Shown piece after piece: positions 38,690-49,113 of a DNA stretch of 64,000 nt. A program made the position numbers and the translations under genes. The notes beneath the pieces were generated by a model. The model saw nothing but the letters and a program-made list of their open reading frames with translations. It was not told the origin of the DNA and made no database searches. This DNA is from Alphaproteobacteria bacterium (GTDB lineage: Bacteria > Pseudomonadota > Alphaproteobacteria > JACAEB01): positions 26,516-90,515 of the forward strand of contig JACKLE010000008.1 in assembly GCA_024236075.1 (NCBI GenBank), read 5' to 3'. The number at the start of each line of letters is the position of its first letter. Positions within the stretch are counted from its first letter, which is position 1.

Positions 38690-40975
38690 ATGGACGAGGA
38701 TATCGACAGGATGGCGCTCGACTATCACCGCCATCCAAGGCCGGGAAAGCTCGCCATCGAGCCGACCAAGCGCATGGTGAACCAGCGCGACCTCGCGCTC
38801 GCCTACAGCCCCGGCGTCGCGGCGGCCTGCCGCGAGATCGTCCGCGATCCGAACGAGGCGGCCGCCCTCACCGCGCGCGCCAATCTCGTCGCCGTGGTGA
38901 CGAACGGCACGGCGGTTCTCGGCCTCGGTCCCATCGGGCCGCTGGCGGCCAAGCCCGTGATGGAGGGCAAGGCGGTCCTCTTCAAGCGCTTCGCCGGCAT
39001 CGACGCCTTCGACATCGAGATCGACGAGCGCGATCCGGACAGGCTCGTCGCCATCATCGCGAGCCTCGAGCCGAGCTTCGGCGGCATCAATCTCGAGGAC
39101 ATCAAGGCGCCCGAATGCTTCTCCGTCGAGGCGAAAGCCCGTGCCCGGATGAACATCCCGGTCATGCACGACGACCAGCACGGCACGGCCATCTGCGTCA
39201 ACGCGGCGGTGCGCAACGCGCTCGAGCTGACGGGCAAGCGCCTCGACAGGGTGAAGATCGTGTGCTCGGGCGCGGGCGCGGCTGCGCTCGCCTGCCTCGA
39301 CCTGCTCGTCGCCTCGGGCGCCTCGAAGGCGAACATCGCGGTCTGCGACATCGACGGCGTCGTCTATCAGGGCCGGGCCGCCGGCATGGACCCCTGGAAG
39401 GCGCGCTACGCGGCGAAGACCAAGGCGCGCACGCTCGCCGAGATCGTTCCGGGGGCGGACATCTTTCTCGGCCTTTCCGCGCCGCGCGTGCTGACGGGCG
39501 ATCTGGTGGCGAAGATGGCCAAGGCGCCGCTGATCTTCGCGCTCGCCAATCCCGAGCCCGAGATCCGTCCCGAGGAGGCGCTCGCGGCCAAGCCGGACGC
39601 CATCATCGCCACGGGGCGCTCGGACTACCCCAATCAGGTCAACAATGTCCTCGTCTTTCCCTATGTGTTCCGGGGCGCGCTCGACGTCGGGGCGCGGGCG
39701 ATCAACGAGGAGATGAAGCTCGCGGCGGCCGACGCGCTCGCGCGGCTCGCGCGCGCCGAGCCCTCGGACGTCGTCGCGCGCGCCTATGCGGGCGAGACGC
39801 TCCATTTCGGGCCCCATTACATCCTTCCCAAGCCCTTCGATCCGCGCCTCATCACCGTCGTCGCGCCGGCCGTGGCGCAGGCCGCGATGGCGAGCGGGGT
39901 CGCGACGCGGCCCATCGCCGACCTCTCCGACTACGCGCATCGTCTCAGTCAATTCGTGTACAAATCGGGCCAGGTGATGGAGCCCGTCTTCGAGGCCGCG
40001 CGCGCCGCGCCCCGGCGCGTCGTCTATGCCGAGGGCGAGGACCCGCGCGTGCTGCGCGCCGCGCAGATCGCGCTCGACGACGGGCTCGCCGAGCCCATCC
40101 TCATCGGGCGCGCGGGCGTCATCGAGCGCCAGATCGCGGCGCTCAACCTGCGCCTCAGGCCCGGCGCGGGCATGGCGATCGTCGACCCGCAGGACAATCC
40201 GCGCGCCGCCGCTCACATGGCGCGCTATCTCGCCGCGGCCGGCCGGCGCGGCGTCACGCCATCGGTCGCCGAGACGCGCATCCGCACGCGCGCGAGCGTC
40301 CTCGGCGCGCTGATCCTGGCGAGCGGCGAGGCGGACGCGATGCTGTGCGGGGCCGTCGATCCGTTCGCCGAGCACCTGCGCTACATCGCGGACATCGTCC
40401 CGCTCGCCGAGGGCTGCGCGGAGCCCGCGGCGATGCATCTCCTCGCGCTCAAGGGACGATCGCTCTTCATCGCGGACACCAACGTCGCCGTCGATCCGAC
40501 GGCGGAGGATATAGCCCGCATCGCGCGCCTCGCGGTCGCCGAGGTGCGCCGCTTCGGCATCGAGCCGCGGGTCGGCCTCGTGGCGCACGCCGATTTCGGC
40601 GCCTCGTCCCAGGCGAGCGCGCGCAAGATGCGCGAGGCCATGGCCATCCTACGGGCCGAAGGCGTCGACTTCGAGGTCGACGGCGAGATGCGCGCCGACA
40701 CCGCGATCCTCGGCGAGGGCCGGACGCGCGACCTGCCCGACTGCGCGCTGACGGGACCGGCGAACCTTCTCGTCATGCCGAGCCTCGACGCGGCGAACAT
40801 CGCCGCCAATCTCGCCTGGTCGGCGAACGAGGGCATGATCGTCGGGCCCATCCTCATGGGCTTCGCGCTTCCCGTGCACATCCTCGCGAACACGGTGACG
40901 GTGCGCGGCCTCGTGAACATGACCGCGCTCGCCGTCGCCGACGCGCAGAGCGCCCGCCTGCCTATTTCGCGGTGA
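38690..40975 (+). CDS. maeB: NADP-dependent malic enzyme (malic enzyme plus PTA-like domain)
   Basis: 761 aa. LALAYSPGVAAAC, VVTNGTAVLGLG, INLEDIKAPECF and a C-terminal phosphate-acetyltransferase-like half. Confidence 0.93.
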   Translation: MDEDIDRMALDYHRHPRPGKLAIEPTKRMVNQRDLALAYSPGVAAACREIVRDPNEAAALTARANLVAVVTNGTAVLGLGPIGPLAAKPVMEGKAVLFKRFAGIDAFDIEIDERDPDRLVAIIASLEPSFGGINLEDIKAPECFSVEAKARARMNIPVMHDDQHGTAICVNAAVRNALELTGKRLDRVKIVCSGAGAAALACLDLLVASGASKANIAVCDIDGVVYQGRAAGMDPWKARYAAKTKARTLAEIVPGADIFLGLSAPRVLTGDLVAKMAKAPLIFALANPEPEIRPEEALAAKPDAIIATGRSDYPNQVNNVLVFPYVFRGALDVGARAINEEMKLAAADALARLARAEPSDVVARAYAGETLHFGPHYILPKPFDPRLITVVAPAVAQAAMASGVATRPIADLSDYAHRLSQFVYKSGQVMEPVFEAARAAPRRVVYAEGEDPRVLRAAQIALDDGLAEPILIGRAGVIERQIAALNLRLRPGAGMAIVDPQDNPRAAAHMARYLAAAGRRGVTPSVAETRIRTRASVLGALILASGEADAMLCGAVDPFAEHLRYIADIVPLAEGCAEPAAMHLLALKGRSLFIADTNVAVDPTAEDIARIARLAVAEVRRFGIEPRVGLVAHADFGASSQASARKMREAMAILRAEGVDFEVDGEMRADTAILGEGRTRDLPDCALTGPANLLVMPSLDAANIAANLAWSANEGMIVGPILMGFALPVHILANTVTVRGLVNMTALAVADAQSARLPISR

Positions 40976-41954
40976 CGCTCGCCGCGCCGTTCGTGAGGCG
41001 GCCGATGGCGTTCGTCGCGAGATAGGCCCTGGCCGCCCCGTCGCCCAGGAGATACGCGTCGAAGAACGCCGTCGTGACGGAGTTCACATAGTCGACATGG
41101 GCCTGCACCTTCGGCAGGTCGCGCATGCCGATCTTCGGAAATCCCGGCGCCTCTTCCGTCATGCCGCCGAAGGAATGGTCCGCATTCTGAATGAAGAGGA
41201 GGTACTTGTCGCCCGGCGCCGCGAATTCGAAGGGCTCGAGGCGCCATTCGTAGCCCTCGCCCTTGCGCCCGGGATCGCGCGAGCCGGTCAGGACGAGCAT
41301 CGGCAGCCCGATCGTCGCATAGGACGCCTCGGTGAGGCCCGCGCCGCGACCCTGCCCCGAGAGCGCGGCCACCGCCTTCACGCGCGGATCGCCCGCCCGG
41401 CGTCCCCGTCCGCTCGGATCGAAAACCGTCAGCCCGCCCATGAGCATGGCGGTGTTGGCGCCGTAGGAGTGGCCGGCCACGGCGATCCTCGTCTCGTCGA
41501 TGCGCCCCTCGATGGCCGCGACGCCGAGATCCGCGGCGCGGTCGAGGATGTATTTGTCGTCCGCGATCCGCGACTCGGAATAGAGCGGCGAGAAGACCTT
41601 CTGATCGCCGAACCTCACGCCCTCGGCGACCGCGTCGAGGTGGTTCGGCTGCACGACGACGTAGCCATGGCTCGCCCAATGCTGCACGAGCGGATGGTAG
41701 TTGTAGTTCGTGCCCCAGGCGCCGTGCGAGAACACGATGAGGGGCAGCTTTCCCTCTGCCTTCGGATAGGTCACGCGCAGGTCGATCTTCCGCTCGCGCG
41801 AGGGATCGACGAGCTTGAGCCCGGCCGCGGTTTCGACGGCATAGGGGCCGGCTGCTACCTTGTAGAGCGCTTCGTCGGCGACGGCGCTCGGCCCGCTCGC
41901 GCAGGCGAGCGTGACGGCAAGCATGGCGGCGGCGGCGGATCTCCGGGCGGGCAT
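40962..41954 (-). CDS. secreted alpha/beta hydrolase (dienelactone hydrolase / PAF-acetylhydrolase-like)
   Basis: Signal peptide, LPLIVFSHG and GHSYGA nucleophile elbow. 14-nt convergent overlap with maeB. Confidence 0.8.
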   Translation of the reverse strand: MPARRSAAAAMLAVTLACASGPSAVADEALYKVAAGPYAVETAAGLKLVDPSRERKIDLRVTYPKAEGKLPLIVFSHGAWGTNYNYHPLVQHWASHGYVVVQPNHLDAVAEGVRFGDQKVFSPLYSESRIADDKYILDRAADLGVAAIEGRIDETRIAVAGHSYGANTAMLMGGLTVFDPSGRGRRAGDPRVKAVAALSGQGRGAGLTEASYATIGLPMLVLTGSRDPGRKGEGYEWRLEPFEFAAPGDKYLLFIQNADHSFGGMTEEAPGFPKIGMRDLPKVQAHVDYVNSVTTAFFDAYLLGDGAARAYLATNAIGRLTNGAASVTAK

Positions 41955-42023
41955 GATCGTCTCCCCTCGTTGCGCGTATTCGTTCTGTGCGTATCGTACA
42001 TTAGCTGAAGGGAATCAATCGCA

Positions 42024-42656
42024 ATGGCCATCGTCGCCGCGCGCACCACGGCCCGCCGCCGGAAGGAATCGGCCCCGCGCAGCCGCATGCCGCGCGAGCT
42101 CCGGGCCCGCCAGCTTCTGGACCTCGCCGAGTCCATCGTCCTCGCGGACGGCCTGCGGGGCTTCACCATGGAGCGTCTCGCGGGCGAGGCGGGGGTCGCC
42201 AAGACGGTGGTCTACAGCCATTTCGCCAATGCCAGCGAGCTCGGCCTCGCCATCCTGAAGCGCCGCTGGAGCGAGGTCGACGCGACCTTCGGAGCGCCCT
42301 CGGAGGACGGCCGGCCGCTGGAGGAGGAGCTGCGCGCCTTCGCCACGGTCTATCTCGACGTCACCGGGCCGCGGCGCGCGCTGCGTACGCTGATGACCGA
42401 GCTCGCGCGCGATCCCGTCGTCGAGCAGGCCGTCGCGCAGAGGCTCAAGGGCCGGCAGGCGAGTCTTGCAAAGCGGCTGGAGAAGGCCTGCGGCCTCGCG
42501 CCCGGCTCCGCGCGCATGGCCGCCGCCATGGTGTTCGGCGCGCTCTCCGCGCTTTCCGACCACGGCCTCGAGGCGGGGGGACGGCGCGCCCAGGCCGTGG
42601 AGCGGTTCGTCGCCAGCGCGATGGGCCTCCTCGAAGGCCTCAGGCGCGCCTCCTGA
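42024..42656 (+). CDS. TetR/AcrR family transcriptional regulator
   Basis: HTH region FTMERLAGEAGVAKTVVYSHF. Confidence 0.85.
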   Translation: MAIVAARTTARRRKESAPRSRMPRELRARQLLDLAESIVLADGLRGFTMERLAGEAGVAKTVVYSHFANASELGLAILKRRWSEVDATFGAPSEDGRPLEEELRAFATVYLDVTGPRRALRTLMTELARDPVVEQAVAQRLKGRQASLAKRLEKACGLAPGSARMAAAMVFGALSALSDHGLEAGGRRAQAVERFVASAMGLLEGLRRAS

Positions 42657-42699
42657 GACCTCGCGAGTCCCGAGCGGACTTGCCCGCGCGCAATGCGCA

Positions 42700-42716
42700 A
42701 TGTACCATACGTACAT
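42700..42716. promoter_or_regulatory. palindrome ATGTAC-N5-GTACAT (candidate TetR operator)
   Basis: Lies in the AT-richer gap between the TetR gene and the DUF1800 gene. It is preceded by a tandem GCGCAATG GCGCAATG. Confidence 0.3.
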
Positions 42717-42781
42717 AAAAAGCGGCGGCGCCGTCTCGCGGCCCGCCGCGCGCCAGGGAACCGCCAGGAGGCACGCCGACC

Positions 42782-44393
42782 ATGTCTTCACGCGAAGCCG
42801 GCATCGCCGTTCATCGCTTCGGGTACGGCGCGCGCCCCGGCGAGCTCGACGCCGCGGCCTCCGACCCGAAGGGCTGGCTGCTCGGGCAGCTCGAGAGGAA
42901 CGAGCTTCCCGACGCGCTCGAGGGCCTGCCGTCGATGGAGGAGGTCTACCGCGTGCGCGGCGACTATTTCCTCCAGCGCCGCCAATTCGTCCGCGAGCGG
43001 CAGGCGGCGATCGCACGCGGCGCCAATCCCGACAGGATGAGGAAGGAGATCGAGGAGGCCGGGCGCTGGATGCAGACGGCCCTCGGCGTCCTCTACCGCC
43101 AGGCGCTCCTCCTCGAATGGGCGCACGGCTTCAACGCGACCGTCGCGAGCGACGTGCCGTTCCGCGAGCGGCTCGTCCATTTCTGGTCGAACCATCTCGT
43201 CGTGCCCAATGCGGGCGGCAAGACGCTTCTCTATCTCGGCGCCTATGAGCGCGAGGTCATCCGGCCGCACGTCACCGGCAAGTTCGTCGACATGCTGATG
43301 GCCTCGGTGAAGCATCCGGCCATGCTCATCTTCCTCGACAACAACGTGTCGGTCGGCCCGAACTCGCCCGAGGGCAGGGCGAAGGGCGAGAGCATCAACG
43401 AGAATCTCGCGCGCGAGATCATGGAGCTGCACACGCTCGGCGTCGACGGCGGCTACACGCAAGGCGACGTCATCGAGCTCGCCAAGGGCATCTCGGGATG
43501 GGGCGTCGTGGATGTGCCCGGCCTCTCCGATACCTACACCAAGGTGCCGTTTCCCGATATCGGCCTTCCGCCGGGCACGTTCCATTTCTATGCGGAGCGT
43601 CACGAGCCGCCGCCCGCCACCCTGCTGCGCAAGACCTATGGAGGAGGAGGGCCTCGCGCAGGGCGAGGCGATGCTCGAGGATCTGGCCCGTCACCCCGCC
43701 ACGGCCCGCTTCCTCGCGACGAAGCTCGCCCGTCATTTCGTGGCCGACGAGCCGCCCGCGGAAATCGTGAAGCGGCTCGCCGACGCCTATCTCCAGTCGG
43801 GCACCGATCTCGGGGAAATGACGCGCTCTCTCGTCGAGAGCGAGGAGGCCTGGCAGCCCTTCACCAAGCTTCGTCAGCCGGAGGATTATGTCCTCTCGGT
43901 GCGCGCCGCGTCCTGTCCGCGCCGATAGCGGGCGGCAGGGTGCCCTCGCCCGTCGCCAGGATGGATCTCCTCGAGTGGAACTGGCGCGCAATGTCCTATG
44001 CGCTCGCCTACGACCGGGCCGAGGTCACGCGGGACGGCGTCGCGAAGCAGCTCGGCGGCAGGCTCCCCGACGAGATGGACCGCGGCTTCCAGGTCGTGGA
44101 GGCCTACAAGATCGTCCAGGAGATGGGCCAGCCGCCCATGGCGGCGCCAGGCCCCCAGGGCTGGTACGACCGGCAGAGCGACTGGTCGGGCGCCGATTCC
44201 ATCATGAAGCGGATCGAATTCGGCGTGCGCATGGGCACGGAGCATGCTGACCGCCACGACGCCCGCGAGCTGGCCAGGGCGACGCTCGGGGGCTTGCCGA
44301 CGACCATCTGACGCAGGCGGTCGCGCGCGCGCCGCGACGCCGGAGCAGGGCCTCGCCCTCCTGCTCACGAGCCCGCAATTCAATCTGAGGTGA
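42782..44393 (+). pseudogene. DUF1800 family protein, frameshifted as sequenced
   Basis: Intact for about 285 codons (HFWSNHLVV, MLIFLDN, NENLAREIMELHTLGV). The frame changes near 43,640, 43,930 and 44,310-44,330. The family-typical ending EQGLALLLTSPQFNLR-TGA at 44391-44393 is in another frame. Confidence 0.8.
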
Positions 44394-44398
44394 GCGTC

Positions 44399-45654
44399 AT
44401 GACCCTCGATCGCCGCACGGCCCTCAAATCCTTCGCCGCCTCGGGGCTTTCGCTCCCTTCGCGCCCGCAATCGCCTTCGCGAACGCGGATACGGAGCGCC
44501 GGCTTCTCTTCGTCTTCCTCCGTGGGGGATGGACGGGCTCTCCGCGGTGCCGCCCTATGGCGATCCGGGGCTCCTCGCCCTGCGCGAGCCGCTGACCTAT
44601 CCCAAGCCCGATTCGGGCCAGGCCCATGCCATGCACAAGCTCGACGGCCTCTTCGGGCTCAATCCGGAGCTGAGGAGCCTCCACGCGCTCTACGGCAGGG
44701 GCGAGATGCTCGCCGTCCATGCCATGGCCTCGCCCTATCGCGAGCGCTCGCATTTCGACGCGCAGGACGTCATGGAGAACGGCGCCAGCGACAAGGGAAT
44801 GCGCGTGGGCTGGCTCAACCGCGCGCTCTCCGTCATGCCGCGCGAGCTCGCCAAGGGACGCAGCGACGTGGCGCTCGGCATCGGCGCGACGCTGCCCCTT
44901 TCGCTCAGGGGGCCCGGCGGCCGTCGGCGGATGGTCGCCGCCCACGCTTCCCGCCGCCGACCAGGACACGCTCTGCGCGCATCGGCGATCTCTACAAGGA
45001 CTATCCGGTGCTCGCGACGGCGCTCGCCAAGGCCCAGTCGGCGGGCGCGATGGCCTCGGGCATGGACGATATGGGCATGGGCAAGGACCAGCAGGGCACC
45101 GGCGGCACGCTCTTCTTCACCGAGATGACGAAGGTCGCCGCCGAGTTCCTGAAGGCCGCCGACGGCCCGCGCATCTGCGTCATGGATCTCGGCAACTGGG
45201 ACTCGCACGCCGGGCAGAACGACCGCATCGAGGCCGCGGACGACAAGTTCCAGGGCCGCTTCGTCGAGCTCTACAAGGCGCTCGACCGCGGCGTCGAGAT
45301 CGTGCGCCTGGGGCTCGGCCCTGAAATCTGGAGGAAGACGGCGGTCGTGGCGGTCACCGAGTTCGGCCGCACCGTGCGCGTCAACGGCACGCTCGGCTCC
45401 GATCATGGGACGGAGGAGCCATGTTTCTCGCCGGGGGCGCGGTCGCCGGCGGGCGCGTCCTCGCCGACTGGCCCGGCCTGAGGGAGCGCGATCTCCACGA
45501 AGGCCGCGATCTTCGTCCGACGACGGACGTCCGCTCGGTCTTCAAGGCCGTCCTGCGCGATCACTTCGCCGTCGCGGAGGCGGCGCTGGAGGAGGCGGTC
45601 TTCCCGGACAGCAGCAGGGCGGCGGCGCCGACGGAAGGCCTCATTCGGGCCTGA
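44399..45654 (+). pseudogene. DUF1501 family (Tat-signal, sulfatase-like fold) protein, frameshifted as sequenced
   Basis: MTLDRRTALKSFAASGL Tat signal. Continuation is found in 3 other frames (LFVFLRGGMDGLSAVPPYGDP..., RIGDLYKDYPVL..., TEFGRTVRVNGTLGSDHG, FLAGGAVAGGRVLADWPGL). Confidence 0.8.
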
Positions 45655-45685
45655 GGCCGTCCGGGCCGCGCACGCCCCGCGCGGC

Positions 45686-46799
45686 TCAGGCCGCGACGGC
45701 ACGCTTGCGGGCAGCCGCCCTGTTCCAGGCGAGCCCCAGTCCCGGCGCCGACGCGAGCTTGAGCATCCCCTTCTCGACGCGCTCCGTGCCGTCGACGAGC
45801 TCGGCGCGCCAGCCGGGGAACCCCTGCAGCAATATTCCATGATGAGAAGGTTCGCCGCGCCGGCGAGAAGGCCGCGCTCGCCGCCGTCGCGACGGGTCCG
45901 GACATGTTGTGGGGCGCGATCTCCACGTCGAACGCCTCGGCCATGGCCGCGACCTTCCGGCATTCGAGAATGCCGCCGAGCCATTTCACGTCCGGCATGA
46001 TGCAGTCCGCGGCGCGCGCTTGAGCAGCGCGCGGAAATCCGCGGCCTTGAGAAGCTGCTCGCCGACCGTGAGGCGCGGGCGGATGCGCCGGCGGAAGGCC
46101 GCGAGCTCGGCGGGATCGCCGAGCACGAAGGGCCTCGATCCACAGGAGATCGTAGGGCTCGAGCGCGTCGGCGAGGCGCACGGCGTCCTTCGCGCCGATC
46201 GCGAGCGACCAGTCCGTCAGCAGGCGGACATGGGGGCCGACGGCGGCGCGCGCCTCGCGCACGACGGCGACGGCGTTGTCCATGGCCTTGGCGAAGCCGA
46301 GATGGCTCCTCAAGGGTCCGCGTCCCGCGTCGATGGGCAGGATGTTGAACTTCACGGCGGCGAATCCGTCGTCGGCGGCGGCCTTGGCCCAGCGCGCGAC
46401 GGGCTCGGGCGTCCAGCTCTCCGCCGCCATCGCGACGTTCGCATAGAGAGGTATCTCCTCGCGCACGGCGCCGCCGAGCAGCTCGTGGACGGGCCTTCCC
46501 ACGGCCTTGCCGACGATGTCCCAAAGCGCCTGCTCGAGGCTCGAGACCGCGACGTGCAGGGTCCGCCCGGCATCGGGACGCTTCAGAAGCCGCGCGCGCG
46601 CCTCGATGAGCGCGAAGGGATCGTGCCCGACATAGAGCGGTTCCAGCGCCTTCACCTGCGCGACGACGGCGGCGTCGAGGCGGCTCTGGCTCGCCTCGCC
46701 GACGCCGACGAGCCCCTCGTCGGTGGCGATCTCGACGAAGGCCCAGGTGCGCCCCTTGCCCGTGTCGACGACGATGGTTTCGATGCGCTCGATCTTCAT
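45686..46799 (-). pseudogene. enolase-superfamily (mandelate racemase/muconate lactonizing) enzyme, 3' half frameshifted as sequenced
   Basis: MKIERIETIVVD...GLVGVGEAS... is intact to ...EPYDLLWIE (about 46,145). After that, PFVLGDPAELAAFRRRI, ADCIMPDVKWLGGILECRKVAAMAEAFDVEIAPHNMSGPVATAAS, AANLLIMEY and VEKGMLKLASAPGLG lie in different frames. Confidence 0.8.
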
Positions 46800-46845
46800 C
46801 TGCGTCCCCGTTCCCTGCTGTCGCCGCGCGCGGCGCGAGAAGCCT

Positions 46846-46865
46846 AATTTGACTAAATTCAATTT
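46846..46865. promoter_or_regulatory. overlapping AT palindromes AATTTGACTAAATTCAATTT (candidate TetR operator)
   Basis: AATTT/AAATT and AAATT/AATTT arms in the divergent region between the enolase-family gene and the TetR gene at 46977. Confidence 0.3.
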
Positions 46866-46976
46866 CCTGACCAAGGTCCAGGCGATCCGATTGGCGGAGC
46901 GCCCGCGGAACGGCATAGTGGCGTTTCGGTCTCCCGATTCCCAGTCTGCCGGCACCGGCCGGCGGAAAGGCAGCAG

Positions 46977-47636
46977 ATGCGAGCGCAGCAACGGGCCGCG
47001 CGCACGACGCTCCAGCAGCAGCGTTCGATCGAGACGCGCCGCGCGCTCATGCAGGCCGGCGAGCGGCTCTGGCGGGAGCGTGCGTTCGACGACGTCTCGG
47101 TGGGCGATGTCTGCGCCGAAGCCGGCGTGTCGAAGGGGCTTTTCTATTTCTACTTTCCCCGAAAGGAATTTCTGCTCGTCATCCTCGTGTTCGCGCGGCT
47201 GTTCCCGAGCGACGAGTCGATCCATCGCTTGATCGACCAGGGGCTCACCACCCACGAGATCTGCCACAAGATAGCGCTCTCGCTCGCCCGGCGCGCGCGG
47301 CGCATGCCCAAGCACCTGGTGGGGCGGGCCATCGAGGCGGGCTTCACGATCTACAAGGAGCTGCGCGCGGAGCAGGGCGGCGACAAGGGGTGGACGCCCC
47401 CGCTCGTCAAGGTCTTCGAGCGCGGCAAGGAACGGGGCGAGATCGCACCGGAGTGGAATTCGGACGTGATGGCCCACGCCATGAGCTGGTCCTTCGTCTA
47501 CAGCGTATTGTCCTGGGCCAACGGGACGGAGGTCCCTGGCCTCACGCTGGAGCGCACGCTCGCCATGCAGGCCTCGCTCGTCGCCAAGGGCGGCAGCCAG
47601 CCTTTCGGCGAGCCCCAGGCCCCGTCGAAAAGCTAG
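46977..47636 (+). CDS. TetR/AcrR family transcriptional regulator
   Basis: HTH region VSVGDVCAEAGVSKGLFYFYF. Confidence 0.85.
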   Translation: MRAQQRAARTTLQQQRSIETRRALMQAGERLWRERAFDDVSVGDVCAEAGVSKGLFYFYFPRKEFLLVILVFARLFPSDESIHRLIDQGLTTHEICHKIALSLARRARRMPKHLVGRAIEAGFTIYKELRAEQGGDKGWTPPLVKVFERGKERGEIAPEWNSDVMAHAMSWSFVYSVLSWANGTEVPGLTLERTLAMQASLVAKGGSQPFGEPQAPSKS

Positions 47637-47643
47637 GCGCTGC

Positions 47644-48075
47644 TCAGGCGGTCAGGCGCGCGATCGCGTCGTGGACGGCGAGGAGCGGCGCCGGCCGCGC
47701 CGCGAGGTCGCCCTCGATCGCGAGCGTTCCGCTCGCCATCGCCGCGCCGGCGAGGGCGGCGAGGCGCTTCGCGGCCTCGGGCCCGGAGCTCGCATCGATC
47801 CGCGCGATCGGCAGGAGCGCCTCATAGGTGCCCGCGACCTTGAGATCGGCGCCGGGAAGCTCGCCGAGGCCGAACTCGAGCGCGCCGTCCGCTATCCGGC
47901 AATGCCAGGCGAGCGTTCCGTCCGCGTCCGGTCCGAGATGGGCCGGAACCCCGCGATAGACCTCGCACATGGAATAGGCGAGCCCGCGCGCCGCCTCGCC
48001 GGCCGCTTCGAGCCGGACCGCGATGACGGCGTGGAGGGCGGCGAGCCACTCCCGGCTCGCGAAGGCATAGCGCAT
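47644..48075 (-). CDS. SCP2 sterol-binding-domain-like protein
   Basis: 143 aa. The family call is by length, overall pattern and operon context downstream of the PhyH gene. It is tentative. Confidence 0.55.
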   Translation of the reverse strand: MRYAFASREWLAALHAVIAVRLEAAGEAARGLAYSMCEVYRGVPAHLGPDADGTLAWHCRIADGALEFGLGELPGADLKVAGTYEALLPIARIDASSGPEAAKRLAALAGAAMASGTLAIEGDLAARPAPLLAVHDAIARLTA

Positions 48076-48088
48076 GGCGGGCCTCAGC

Positions 48089-48976
48089 TCAGGAGCGCCC
48101 GTAGTCGAGCCAGCTCGCCGCGCGCTGCTTCACCGCGTTCGGCCCCTCGCTCTTCCAGCCGTACCAGACGTGCTCGCCCATGAGACGGGCGAAGCGCTCA
48201 TTGTTGCGCGCCAGGACCTCGGCCGGCACATTGCCGTGATAGAGCTCCTGCGTGCGCATGAACATGCGGCAGAAATAGAGGATGAGATTGATGCGCAGCC
48301 CCGGCGCGGTGCGCGCATGCGCGCCGTGCCACATCGTGCCGCCCCAGATGACCAGCGAGCCGGCGGGCGCCTCGATCGTATAGCGCAGCTCCTCGTTCGC
48401 GCGCTCCGCCATATTGGGCTCGCGCGCGAGGCGATGGCTGCACGGAACGAAGAAGAGCGCGCCGTTCTCCTTCGTATAGTCCGTAAGGAGATAGGTCGCG
48501 TTCGCGACCATCATCTGGTGCGGCAGCGGGGTCGGGATGTTCGCCGAATCGGAGTGCAGCATCAGCGGCACCTTGCCCGGGCCCTTGATGATGGAGCTGG
48601 CGCTCGACAGAAGGCAGTCCGGGCCCAGAAGGTAGGTCATGAAGGCGAGCACGACGGGGTTCATCAGGGCCTGCTCGAAGATCGGATCGTCGAAGAGGAG
48701 ATAGAAGAGATGCTGTCCCGTGGGTCCTTCGCGGTCGGCGTGGGTCGCGCCGGTCTCGAGGTCGGGCTTCACGCCCGAGCGGGCCTCGGCGATCGCGAGG
48801 ATGCGGTCGCGCAGGCGGCGGAAGAATTGCGGCTCGGCGACGTGCTCGGGCTCGATGACGGTGAAGCCGAACGCCTCGAGATGGGCGAGCTTCGCCGCGA
48901 GGCCCATCTTCTCGATGGTTCGGTAGGTCTCGGGCATATGGGCCTGGATGGGGGTGTGCTCGACCGGCTTCGTCAT
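48089..48976 (-). CDS. phytanoyl-CoA dioxygenase (PhyH) family Fe(II)/2-oxoglutarate oxygenase
   Basis: The ATG at 48976 (MTKPVEH...). LMLHSDS (HxD) and a distal His in WHGAHART. Confidence 0.8.
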   Translation of the reverse strand: MTKPVEHTPIQAHMPETYRTIEKMGLAAKLAHLEAFGFTVIEPEHVAEPQFFRRLRDRILAIAEARSGVKPDLETGATHADREGPTGQHLFYLLFDDPIFEQALMNPVVLAFMTYLLGPDCLLSSASSIIKGPGKVPLMLHSDSANIPTPLPHQMMVANATYLLTDYTKENGALFFVPCSHRLAREPNMAERANEELRYTIEAPAGSLVIWGGTMWHGAHARTAPGLRINLILYFCRMFMRTQELYHGNVPAEVLARNNERFARLMGEHVWYGWKSEGPNAVKQRAASWLDYGRS

Positions 48977-49113
48977 GGCGCGGAATCCTCTGGCGGCGTT
49001 TCCCTCGGGCGCTCGTGCCGAAGGCACGGTGGGGGGCACCGTCCCTCGGGGCCCGAACTTGCCCAGGGCGTCAAGTTTAAGCCAAACCGGGCCCCGCACA
49101 AAGGAGGGCGGCC

